Below, piece by piece: positions 1 through 11,650 of a stretch of DNA of 64,000 nucleotides. Source of the stretch: Botryllus schlosseri (lineage: Eukaryota). Position 1 is the first letter of the stretch. Each line of letters opens with the position of its first letter. The position numbers and the translations under genes were made by a program. The notes under the pieces are model-generated. The model was not told where the DNA came from. It saw nothing but the letters and a program-made list of their open reading frames with translations, and ran no database searches. The stretch is taken from positions 3,722,001 through 3,786,000 of the forward strand of contig CM119378.1 of NCBI GenBank assembly GCA_051294905.1. Reading direction: 5' to 3'.

Positions 1-205
1 ACGAGCGATTTAAGCACCTATGGACAATTAGATTTAAATACATTGAAGTTTACGGTCAACAGAAGGGCAATCTTCTTCGGCTAAGGTTTTCTCGCTGACG
101 ATCTTTTTGACACACTTCTAGAAGTCCCATATTTACCGGAACTTCATATGCCTTCGTGCATCGTGGCGTGGTAATGGCAGACGCCGAAATGTCTATTTTT
201 ATTTA
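1..205 (+). repeat. Internal segment of a dispersed repeat family (also ~29180-29900 and ~63063-64000)
   Basis: acgagcgat..gcacct.tgga.aattaga...cttcggctaaggttttctcgctgacgatc...gtggcgt.gtaatggcagac recurs at ~29688-29900 and, more diverged, at ~63780-64000. Confidence 0.8.
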
Positions 206-690
206 TATAGTTATGCGTATTCTTCCGTGGAGGAGTCGTCAAAACATGATGTGTAATTAATGTTCATTCATCGAAATAATTTAGGGCACCATTCGAACTC
301 ACCGATTGGGGGTTTGGGTTGTAACAGTTTCGGTCCTGGTAAGAGGTCAAAGTCCAGTCGGTCTTCTCGGGACTTTGGTACTGTAAATATATCGCGCTTT
401 AATCGCGCTCGAGGACTATTCGACTATAATAAACCACACTGTAAAAAATCTGGTAGATTTACTGGGAAATCTCTGTAAATTTTACAACGAATTACCGGTC
501 GCAGCCAATAACTGTGCGTAGCTTGTAATTTTACATTTTGATATGTCATATTACCTTAGTTTAACTGTGAAATCAAGTTACCAGAATTTCTTCGCAAAAT
601 TACTGACAGTTACTCGTAATTGCAGTTTACCAGGCTATTGGGAAGATTGATTAGCTTCATAATCGCTGCAGCCAATATATACGTGGAAAT

Positions 691-2627
691 CAGTGGCGGC
701 TCGTCCTATAGGGCAACTGGGGCATTGCCCCACCTAAAATTCTGTTCAATAACAATTCTTTACCATTTATAGACGCACAACAATCTATATATACCGAAAT
801 CACAGCGAAAATCGTATTCTTCTTGTCCTTTCGCTTGTAAATGCCCATATATAGCGAAGTCTCTGCGAAAATCGAATTCTATCTGTGTTTTCGCTTTGCG
901 AATGCCTAGCCGGGGCATGCCCCGGTAGCGCTCATAACAAGCTTTCACTGTCTATTCTCTCAAAGCCGCGCACAATAAAGAAACGGTGATTTACTCTCTC
1001 CTATTCATAAAATTACCGAGCAACCGGGGCTCAATAGGTCTGTGCCCCTAAGGTGTGATGTAACAATCGTATCTATAGCTGAACTCGGTTACCTGTCATA
1101 TGCGTTTAATCGACCTTTGCTGGTATAGGTCGATTTTGATGGTGTTTCACACCATGAAAACTCTTGAAACTTGGTATGTCATGTCGTGATGGTGGTATTT
1201 AACATTGCTCCAAGTTTCAGGGTTTCTACTTAAAGTTTAGGGTAGTAATTCCGTTTCCGAAGTTGAGTGTGTGCTGATCCGTCATGTATCGCAAACAGAT
1301 TTTACTCGAAAGCCGGTATTGGTATCCATTGATTTTGAGGATGTTCCATACTGAGATCGGTAATGACATTTGGCACGGTAAGTCTTAATGTTGGTATCGA
1401 ACGCTGTACCAATTTTTAAGTTTGTCACTGAACTATGTTAGTGGTAATTTCGTTTCCTAAGTCGAGTGAGAGCTGACTCGTCATTTATCGCTAACAGATT
1501 TTACGCAAAGCCGGTATTGGTCTCTATTGATTTTAACGATGCTCCTTGCCTAGATCTGTCATGAGCTTTTGCACGGTGTGTTTTGATTTTAGTATCGAAC
1601 GCTGTGCCAAGTCTCAAGGTTGACACTCAATGATTAGGGCAGTAATTTCGTTATCAAGGTCGAATATGGTAGATATGTGCTCTGATCTGACACTTTAGCC
1701 TACAACGCATTGCGGATTTCACGCAAAAGCCGGTGTATCTGTGGTAACGTTAACTGTGTTCCATACTGAGATAGGTGACGAGATGATGATATCATTCTCA
1801 TTTGCATTCAAATATTTACTTTGATATTATATTCTACAATGTCAATTTCACCGTGAAATTGTGGCCTTCAAGCCATTTGCTTACAACCCCCTGTCAAGCG
1901 CGATAGCTATTTCGTTTTCGATGTCGGCTAACAGCTGATCACTTGATCAGCCTATTCCTCAGTAAATTTTACGCAAAATTCGGTCTGTTCGCATTAATTT
2001 TGACAGTGTACCATACCGAAAAGGGCCATGAGGCTACTTCCCGATGATGTCGTGTAACAGTGTACTAAGTTTACGGCTTTCATCCACGTATATATTCGGT
2101 AATATATTTTCCAAAGGCGATTTCGCAGCAGACCTATAGACAGTAATAAAACCATATGTGTCGTGTTACAGTCTCCAGTTTCAAGGCCAAAATCTCCTAT
2201 GCTGTACCGAGACCGAGTTTCCGAGACTGCTATTCTCTTCAGAATGATGACAGGCCCAATGTATGAGATAACAATTTGGTATGGGTATGTGTCCGAACTC
2301 GTTGACCTTTCCAATTAGGCTTACGCAATCTCTCGAGTTATAGTCATTTCCATTTCTGCAGATAATTAGTCAGGTCTAGTGCGAACATGAACCGCGTTGA
2401 ATCTTTGTTCCGTACGCCGTTTACGCAGTTACCACACTTCAAGTCACAGCTCACTGGCAGACCTCTCGTGGCACATACGTTAAAACCACTGTTGTCGGGA
2501 AATTCATGTTACCGTAACATCATTAAGTTACTTGTTTACGTTGGAAAACGCCATTGTGACGTCATCTTGATAAAAAGTCGCTTGCAGCCCTTGCCCCACC
2601 ACCCGATATTGTCACGAGCCGCCACTG
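691..2627 (+). mobile_element. Non-autonomous hAT-type element, 1.9 kb, with internal ~200-bp tandem units
   Basis: TIR CAGTGGCGGCTCGT...ACGAGCCGCCACTG; perfect 8-bp TSD GTGGAAAT (683-690, 2628-2635); second copy inverted at 17381-19742. Confidence 0.95.
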
Positions 2628-2787
2628 GTGGAAATGAATGTTACTGATATATCATTCTCGTGGTGATTTGACTTGATTCAACCTCGTTCGCGATACTGGG
2701 GTCTGTCATACGGAAATTGTTGGCCCTAGTACCAATTTCAGTATAGTACATAGTAGGGTACAAGAAACAATTAACATGATATGACAT

Positions 2788-3939
2788 GATGCCCGACGTA
2801 AAATTTGAAACCGAAGGCGTAGAATATATATTTGTCAGAGTACGTGTACAAAAAGCTCTCACGGTGGCAATCATCTACAAACACCAGGAACAAAGCAAGA
2901 GACTTTTCTTGACGAATTCTCAAATATTCTGGAAACGCTAACGGCAGCTAATAAACAAATATTTATTGTGGGAGACATAAATATTGATTTGCTGAAGACC
3001 ACCAACTTTAACACAAGGTACCGTGAAATGCTTGATTCTTATGGAATAGCTCAGATAATTACTGAACCCACAAGAATAGCTGATCAATCCAAAACTCTAC
3101 TAGATCACTTCTACTGCAACACTCATCAATATCACCTGTCCCCTTTTGTGCTCCAACACAGTATGACTGATCACTATCCCATCATCTGCCACATGAAATT
3201 GGCCCTGCCACATTGTGCTAAAGAATTTGAATCTCGAACGCCCTTAAACCCACGCGGTATTGAGGAGTATGTTGAAATTGTCAGCAATACTTTCAACAAC
3301 TACAAAATTCCTCCACTCACAATTGACAACTACAACCACCATTTTGAAAAATTTATTGAGGAACTGCGGGCAGCCCTCTACACATCTTTCCCAATTAGGA
3401 AAGTCAACCGCAATGCAAGGCGCTTGAAATCGAAACCCTGGATTGGTCATGACATACTAGTTGCGATCAAAACAAGGGATTGGATGCATAAGCACTACTA
3501 TCTGCAAGGCACCATCGAAGGCAAAAAAGTGTACAAAAAATATGCAAACCGAGTGACGCATATGAAAGAAAATGCCAAAAAAAAGCATACTTCCAAAAAA
3601 GATTTGAAGAGTGCTCCAAAGTTCCCAAGAACACATGGAAAACCATTGGAGAAATTATCAACCTAACTAAAGGTAATGCTCCCAAGAGTGCTGATGACAT
3701 CGAGCTACTCGAGAATGGCAGCATCATCAAAGACCAGCTTGCAGTAGCAGAAAAGTTCAATCAGTATTTTTGCAACATTGGTCCGGATCTTGCAGCTTCA
3801 ATACCAAACTCCTCCGATGACTTTCTCTCGTACTTGAGTCCTGGCCCTCAGAAATCCATTTTTCTTGAGCCGACAAGTAAAGGAGAAGTTGCGATCGTAT
3901 TATCCGAAATGAAAAGTAACAAAGCAGTAGGACCCGATC
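2788..3939 (+). pseudogene. L2/CR1/Crack-like LINE ORF2 fragment (APE endonuclease to pre-RT linker), frameshifted and truncated
   Basis: Motifs AIIYK.PG, VGDINID, PTRI...TLLDH, TDHYPI; after a frameshift in the A-run near 3580 it continues NTWKTI...EKFNQYFCNIG...NKAVGPD; it stops where a DNA element begins at 3940. Confidence 0.9.
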
Positions 3940-4105
3940 CAGTGTTGGGATGACTCGAGTCAGACTCGAGTCACCTTTTTCGTATGACTTGACTTGACTC
4001 GAGTCACTTTTGCTAAAATGACTTGACTTGACTTGACTCGGCGTATCAGAAATGCGGATTGACTCGTGACTCGGAGCAAAATCCACGAGTCAATTTCGAG
4101 TCATC
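3940..4105 (+). mobile_element. Left end of a hAT-type MITE with GACTCGAGTC/GACTT subterminal repeats
   Basis: CAGTGTTGGGATGACTCGAGTCAGACTCGAGTC followed by a gactt/gactc array; matching right end not found. Confidence 0.6.
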
Positions 4106-6742
4106 AAGCAATCGATGTCGATAAAAATCATTGTATCTTGCATATGTTCGAATTGTACGCGATGCCCTGGTTTAACCTGTGAGAGCGACCAATCACTCAA
4201 TGATCACGCGTTTTACTGAGTCTCTATTGTTCTCTCACAAAGAAATTGACCGCAAACCAAATGATTGGAGCTTACAGCATACGCTATCGTAAACTAGTAT
4301 AGTATAGTAATTTGACAGCAAATGTCTATTTCTGTTCTCTGTTCTTAATTTACCCAAACCTCAGTCAATGATCTATGGAAATTTCGATAGTGACCTCCTT
4401 GCTCATTTCGTTGATATTCGGCGCTCCAGGTCGCTCTACAATTGACGTATTTTGCCTTTCGCCCCAGTGTGGCTAATTTCGTCTGGAAGTGTCAAAGAAG
4501 GGGTATTTTCGATCTCGGTCCTGGCAACTTGCCAAGCCAATTAGTCGGCTACCTCATTACCACCGATATCAGCATGCCCCGGCAGACATGGGGTAATCGC
4601 GATTAGTAATCGTAATCAATTACGACGATTACAGCATTTTCAAGTAATCGTAATCGCCATCGATTACATTCGAAAAAAATCCAAAGTAATCGTAATCGTA
4701 ATCGACTACTTCACATATCTAATCGATTTCTTCGTGAAAGAACGATTAGTTTTTATTTGTACAATGAATATGACATAACCGAACATTCGTGAACAAGGAA
4801 GAGATATTCTACCAGGATATTGATAGCGCAAACGGTTGATTTTCAAGCGCCACTGCTCATTATTACGTCAGAAGTATAGCTTTGCTCGTCCTTGCGTAAG
4901 AAGTATCCACACGTAGTAAATATACATTCGATGTACATTGTTGTGTGATTGTTAGAACAGTGTATGCCATGCTGTATATCAGGTTATCTCCAGACGCCAC
5001 TACCTCACAGCAAGATAATAATCACCACTCTGCCTAGATTCTAATAGTAACTTATGTATTGATGTTTGGTTATGCTTAGTTAAACGCAGTTTGACCGTTG
5101 CTGCTTGGCGGGCAGTAGGCCTATCTATGTAGCATACGTATGTATTGTACGTACACCGGACAAAGATTTGAAATTTTGCACTCGTCAAATAAAACATTAC
5201 GATGGCTAAAATCAACAGCTGCTGATTTATATCATAACCGAGCCGTTCTTTGCCGTTTCTCGTAACGGCACCTTGCAGTATCTGTATTAAGTGGAAGGTA
5301 GAATTTTAAGTTCACTTTACCTTATTCTCATATGAATCTACTTGAAACGGGCGCCAATCGTTATTTCACAATTCTTCACTCGACATTTATACCTGTCGCC
5401 ATAGCCATTCGCTTATACACCATGTTAGCGTGGGTTGTAGGTACAATCAGGACCGAAACAGCAATTCGTCCCCCACTCCAAACGTTGGTATTGGTAGGGT
5501 TGTAACCAAGTCACAATGTTACGAGTCACAAGTCAATATCACTTTTATAGTTTTGACTCGAGTCAGGTCGAGTCATTTTCAATTCACCCCCGAGTCAAGT
5601 CCGATTCCAAGTCAGCTAGTATAGGGTCGGGTCCGAGTCATAGTGTTTGACTCGATTACGAGTCCAAGTCGTTATGTTCACATATCAGTTTTCAGATCAA
5701 TCCGGTTCAACCCACTTTTTTCAACTCTGCTCGAGTGATATAGAATGGATCGTATTCATAATATAGTAATTTTGATCAGTTTTCACAGTTTACGGCCCTA
5801 TTTCCATGTACCAGGACTGCATGATGATAGAAGAAATACAAATAATGTGGTAACTTTACTCATAGGCGCTGAACTCAGGTACGCTAGGTATGCCGCGCAT
5901 ACCTATAAATTATTTTGGGTATGCAGCATGCCCAGAATTCGTGAGGTCTGTAACTGACTGGCTGGTGAATTGTTCGATTTTGAAATAATCAATGTATTTC
6001 GTAGTGCTGCTGAACACGTAGGCAAATCAGCAGCAATACATACAGGCGCGTAGCAAAATCCCGTTATTTTGAAATAGCCATTCCGACGCTAATATTCAGT
6101 TAGTAGCATTTTATCAGTGTTGTGCGCGGCCACCGCCAATTAGCGAGAATCGTTTTTGCACAATGTAACGCAACGCGATCTCCCGCTGAGGTGATTGCGA
6201 AATTATGTCATTGATTGCCGCACGCTCTGCAATCGTAGCTGGCCTGATTTATCGCGTCTCCACCAAGCCTAGTTCCGCTGACTTGAAGAATAGCATATGT
6301 AATAGGACCAGTGCGTACTATACCATCGCTGGTCCGCGCGCAATACCATCGTTAGCCTACACAATTGCGTCTGCAATAGGCCTGGTACGAAATAATATAT
6401 CATCTCGAGCCTAATTATCGCGTCTCGGGCCAAGCATGATTTGACTGTCATCTCTCGATTGTGATTAAAGATTGACATCGCGAGACTGAATAATATTGAG
6501 TGTCCACTGTCCACAAACATGTGCAACGCGAGCGTACAATAGTACATGCGTAGGCCTACTTGATTGCCGTTAATACTTGAACGTAACCATCAGAAGATGC
6601 GTGTCAAGGTTTGAGTTATAGAAGATGAGAAAGGTTTGAACCACCTGAAATCGATGCCATTATAGAACAGACTCCATAACAACTCGGCTATGCGCCTACG
6701 CCAGTGCGCCTCAAGATATTGATCGAACGCGAGTATCTAGAA

Positions 6743-8029
6743 CAGTGCTCTTCAACCTTTTTCGACGTGGTACACCCTTTTAACGTTTGCTCAAAACTCG
6801 TACACCCCTGTTCATTAGGGGTCTCCAAAAATTACTTTTATTTCTCAAATCGTACTGGCTACTTGATAAAATTGTTAGGTTACCTAACTTAAGCCTACGC
6901 ACCAAATTTGGTTCAATTCGAACCAGTAGCCGCATTGCTACGAGAGAAGAAAGTTTCTATTTATTATCTAAAAATAACCAACGAAAAATTTGAAATTTTT
7001 CTGTTCACCCCATGAAAGTAGTAGGTTGTCTATAAAAACGATGTTCTTCAAATTTGGTTCAATTCCAACCAGTAGAAGTGGTGTTATTGCCGTCAAAAAT
7101 TTTAGATTTGAATAAAATAGTATTTGGTCACAGAGTCTATTCGCAGCTAGTTAGGCCGCCCGCCACGCAAATTGGAATTTATTTCGTGTCAGCCCAAAAA
7201 CAGCATGACATTACGAACGATAATCAACCTAAATGTAACAGTATTGGGGAGAGAGTAGGTAAAGCTACTGCTGCAGAAGCGGTAATTCAGATCGGCGATG
7301 ATAGCAGGCGCACCAGCCTACTGCGTATCAGGCCTGCCCCACACCACACACAGTCGATATTAGCACATGGGCTTCAAGGTGGCGAGATAGCGCAGTGATA
7401 TAATCCGTGGCTGCTACACTAATGGGTGCGGGTTCGAGTCCAACCGAGGTCGACTTCCGAATTCCGATACCTAAGTGTTGGAGGTTTACCTAGGCTCCTC
7501 CTCGCCACGTCATCCGCGTCGGCGGTGTCTTACAAAGCCTAGAGGTGGGCCGTGCTATAAGTCGGCAGTTTCGACCCTGGCTTGCTACGTTACTTCATTT
7601 ATGTGCATTGCGGTATTTATTACCGTCGGGTAGGAAGTACCGATTCAAGAAGTCTGAGCTATCACGGCGGTTTCCTAAAAAATCACTAAAATACAAATGA
7701 CTAGCTGAACACATGTTTGCTGCATACTTTCCAACACCAAACGCAACCATTGGTCTATTACCGACGGCTAAATGAATAGGAGAAATATTTGCTTATGACA
7801 TCACAATCAAGCGGTGTACAGTATTACACTTGAGATGACATCGTACTTTATTGCTAATTAACCTGTGCGTCAACCTGTACTGACCCATAAACCTGCCTTT
7901 GTGATAGCTAGCCATCGGCTCATTGTAATTCGGATCTGGTACACCCCCGTACACCCCATCCGAGTGGTACACCCTTTGCAAATTTTGGTACACCCTAGGG
8001 TGTACGACAACCCCGGTTGAAGAGCACTG
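6743..8029 (+). mobile_element. hAT Buster/Charlie-type non-autonomous element
   Basis: 15-bp TIR CAGTGCTCTTCAACC...GGTTGAAGAGCACTG; TSD ATCTAGAA on both sides. Confidence 0.93.
7379..7698 (+). mobile_element. tRNA-derived SINE (family A)
   Basis: A-box-like TAGCGCAGTG and B-box GGTTCGAGTCC (7431-7441); head and body homologous to 53811-54094(-); 3' end approximate. Confidence 0.8.
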
Positions 8030-8548
8030 ATCTAGAAGACGCGACGCGCGGCAACAAGACCGAGACCTCTATACTAGATTTCAATTTCTCTAGGCGCGAA
8101 ATGTGGCCATTGTCATCTCCTGCTGTGTAGGTATATGATTGATATCTGATACGCCGGCCGGAACTATTCCGTCTTCTGTGATTGTGATGTCGGACTGGCT
8201 CAGACATTGAACATGGACGGAATTGATTGAAATACATACTGAACGTGAACAGACAGCGACGTGATTGATTTTGATTACCGCTAATACTACAACATACCGA
8301 TCAGAAAATGTCTTGCAGGCTCTTGATGTCGAAACTTCTAACTCCTCTGAAATCAGAGTCGCTAATGAATAGAGTCCAGAACAGACTTTCCATTTGGGAA
8401 AATAATTCCTGTAACTTTAGTTTATTAGCCGTCGCCAAAGATGCGTATTCGTTTGTTCTCGAGACGGAGTGATTGAAATCTCGTAATTGTCGGCGAGCGT
8501 GTTGGCTAATATGTTGCGTGAGATTGCGAGCACGCTAATTGTCTACAC

Positions 8549-9732
8549 CAGGGGTCGCCAACTCAAAATAGGTCGCGGGCCACTTTTCAAAATTCCTGGA
8601 GGCCGCGGGCCGCATGACATCAATATCGATATAAAAGTAGGCGACGCAGTTCAACAACCACGTCTGATAACTCTACGTTATTACAACGCTGTGCTTTCTA
8701 ACATAGGCGACGGTTATAGTCACCACAAAAGAACTAATATTTTATTGAACAAACACAAATACAACAAAAAGTATCATGATCATCAATGTCATTATATTTT
8801 GGACTATGAGCTGTACACGATAACTGACAATGACAACACTCTTTAGCCGCTAAAACAGGGGTGGCCGACATTTTTGTAATTCACGGCCGCATTTCGCGTA
8901 CTCATGTAGCCTGCGGCCGCATACCGGTGGTTAGTCGTGATAAACTAGCTGGGGCTAAATACCCACGTTATCATGTCCATGTCCATTGCCGGTACACTCC
9001 GAACTAATCTATATGCACATATCGGCTTACTATGTGCACCAAATCGTTAGTAGTTATGTTGTAAAGAGCCACAGATAACCAATCTGTAGTCGCGCGAAGC
9101 GCGAAAAATTTTTCATGTTCATGAGTGAATTTCGTCAATAAATATTAGTATAGTTTCACATATTACTATAAAATATTTATCCTTTCTCGGCCAATGTGAT
9201 CAGATTCCCAGATACAGCTGATGCAGGGGGTATCTGCGAAAACTTAGGGTTGTTATTACAAGTGTCGACAGCCGCATAATTTTCCTTCTGCTGCTGCAGA
9301 TTGGCCACCCATGGATTGAAGAATCAATATTGGGGTTAGCTATACACGGTAGGCCTACTTGCTAGACAACTATCTCCTCGTAAAGCATGGTCTTTTGGTG
9401 CGCCCGAGGTCGTTTTGCAGGCGTCTCGGTCTTGGCAGTGGTGGGCCATTGCACGTCAAGGCAATATGCCCATTCGTACCAGCAAATTCTTCATCCATGG
9501 AATGATATTACCATGCCGAAGCCGTATCAACTAGTGAGTAATAGTGATAGTGGGCACATAGAATGGCTCACTTTGTAAAACAACAACATTATGTTTCAAC
9601 TGAAATCAATTTTAGCGTTTCAACATGATTTACTAAGCGTTTTTCTGAATTTTTTTCAAATCAGGTCGCGGGCCGCAAAATAGGACCTCGCGGGCCGCAT
9701 GCGGCCCGCGGGCCGCGTGTTGGAGACCCCTG
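8549..9732 (+). mobile_element. hAT Charlie-type element containing a degenerate related element (~8856-9313)
   Basis: CAGGGGTCGCCAAC...GTTGGAGACCCCTG; TSD GTCTACAC; GCGGGCCGC subterminal motifs. Confidence 0.9.
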
Positions 9733-9780
9733 GTCTACACACAGTCGGACTCGCTGGTAATCTTACGGTAGCGTGTTGTG

Positions 9781-10200
9781 TCAGACAGACATACAGACAT
9801 TTATTGATTTGTTAAACAAAAATTTGACTGGAGGTGACGATATGACCTATAAAGGCCTTGTTACTCATCACCTCCATGACAGTGAAGTAATCGAGTGTAT
9901 TAATTGTAAAATAATATAACAGTGGACAGTCTGCAACATGGAAGAAAAATAATAAAAACAAATATATAACAAAGACGGTAGCCATGGTAACATATGAAAA
10001 CAATAAATAGATATATAATATATAAATTAACGGGTACAGACTCTCAGTTCTTATTGTAATATGCAAGAAGGTAATCCAGGTATTGGCTCTTAAATTCATG
10101 TTGAGGAAGTTCTTTGAAATTGTCGAGTACGCTATTCCAATTAATTGGACCCATATATTCAATAGGCTGTTGGATGAGTCTAGAGCTCATGCGGTAAACA
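9781..10200 (-). mobile_element. 3' fragment of an L2/Crack-like LINE
   Basis: Minus strand reads IEYMGPINWNSV...EFKSQYLDYLLAYY, matching the ORF2 C-terminus at 33840-34334; then a 3'UTR, AATAAA and a (GTCT)n-like tail. Confidence 0.7.
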
Positions 10201-10378
10201 GATATATATATATTATATATCATACGCGCGAGTCCGGCTCACAAGGATGCTGATCCGATCGATGTATTATCGGCATTGGTGCATGTACTTAACCATAATA
10301 AACTGATGCTACCTTGGTAAATTTGCAATGAATTCAATCAATTCAGCAAGCGGCTGGCTGGCTACGCGTCTGCTAATA

Positions 10379-10798
10379 TAGGCTTACCATACGTCCTCTT
10401 TTAAGAGGATTTGTCCTCTTTTTTGACTTTTTTGAAAGTGTCCTCGGAGGACGCCCTTTTGTCCTCTTTTTTGAGATTTTGTCCTCTTTTTTGAAAATTT
10501 AGGCAGATTTAGAGCAAATTGCGAGTGATATGCCTCATATTAGCACAGAAGTGAAGCTCCGGCGGGTATTTCGGAGTGAAAAACGGTGATTTTAGCTCTG
10601 AGCGAAAAAAAGACCTTTTTATTTTTTAGTCATCCACCCGGCAATGTGGAGTAAAAAACGTTAGTTTGAGCTCTGAGTAGAAGTGATGACCTTTTTTTTT
10701 TTTTTTATTCGGTTTTTGAGGATTTCACTCCGGTTTTGCAAGTTGCAAATTTCTGAAAAAGTGTCCTCTTTTTTGATTTCCAAAATATGGTAAGCCTA
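10379..10798 (+). mobile_element. Blackjack-like hAT MITE with GTCCTC repeats
   Basis: TIR TAGGCTTACCATA...TATGGTAAGCCTA; TSD imperfect (gctaat shared); homologous to 27287-27664 and 54463-54880. Confidence 0.85.
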
Positions 10799-11650
10799 GC
10801 TAATCGTATCGTGATTTCGTCACCCACAAGTGACTGTGCGGGTCGGGTCATTTGCCGACTCTGAAGCACTATGACGTCAGCCCTTTGTGACGTCATCGAT
10901 CCCGCATACCCAGGGAAAATCAGAGTTCAGCACCTATGACTTTACTATTCTTCGAAGTTACATGGAATGTCTGTCTTGGCCGTTCTAGTCTCGAGTCATA
11001 CGACTTGGTTCGAGTCATGCAAAATGACTCGAGTACAAGTCGAGTCAATACAAAAATTGACTCGAGTCGAGGCAATTTACGCATTTGAAAAATTGACTCG
11101 AGTCAAGTCTAGTCACCAAAAAATCGCTACTCGAGTCATTACATCCCGGGGTATTGGGGCCCCATGGTGGTCAGTTTTCAAGTTGATGACTGAATTTCGT
11201 CATATTATTGGTAATTGCATTATATTGCTATTCATTCAGATTTACCGGTAGAGCTGGGGGCACGTAATTCATAATTATAGCATCTGGTATGATGTTATAA
11301 TTACTTTATTGTATGTTGTTAATTCGTGACCTCCCGCCTTTTATATAATCAAAAGATACTGTAGTCGCCCAAACGTAGCAGACTAAAAGAAAATTTTCGT
11401 GAGACGCACACACAAATTGTTATGTCTTCATTCTTCTGTGAGTGCCCCTGCAAGCATTTGCATTGTTGGGGCTCAGATTATTCGTCACACCCACAGAGCG
11501 CGGCTACTGACAATGGGCACGTACCCAAAGTTTTGACCAAGGTCATTCTTTGGTAGCACACTTTGTGGAGTTGCATGTTGGCCGAAATTGCAGACGTCTT
11601 TTGGTGTGTCGTGGCGGGGTAATCACGGCCACCGAAATGCATATTCCTAT

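Larger units (their letters stand above)
5495..11149 (+). mobile_element. hAT-type element with (C)GAGTC subterminal arrays, nested in 4583-14196
   Basis: Imperfect TIR TAGGGTTGTAA...TTACATCCCGG; perfect TSD GGTATTGG (5487-5494, 11150-11157); GAGTC arrays at both ends. Confidence 0.8.

Noticed and set aside
437..660. CACTG-terminated (EnSpm/CACTA-like) MITE left end
   Set aside because: No matching right end or TSD was found.
2788..3939. Joining this LINE 5' part to the RT fragment at 56529-58245 as one split element
   Set aside because: Opposite strands, more than 50 kb apart, with no shared TSD; treated as independent copies of related families.
4590..4730. GTAATC, GACTC, AATCC and AACTAG arrays as CRISPR-like or telomeric repeats
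   Set aside because: Units are 5-10 bp without unique spacers and are confined to the ends of TSD-bounded elements; no cas genes; eukaryotic context.
7379..7455. tRNA gene
   Set aside because: A and B boxes are present, but no convincing cloverleaf or oligo-T terminator, and it continues into a repeated SINE body.
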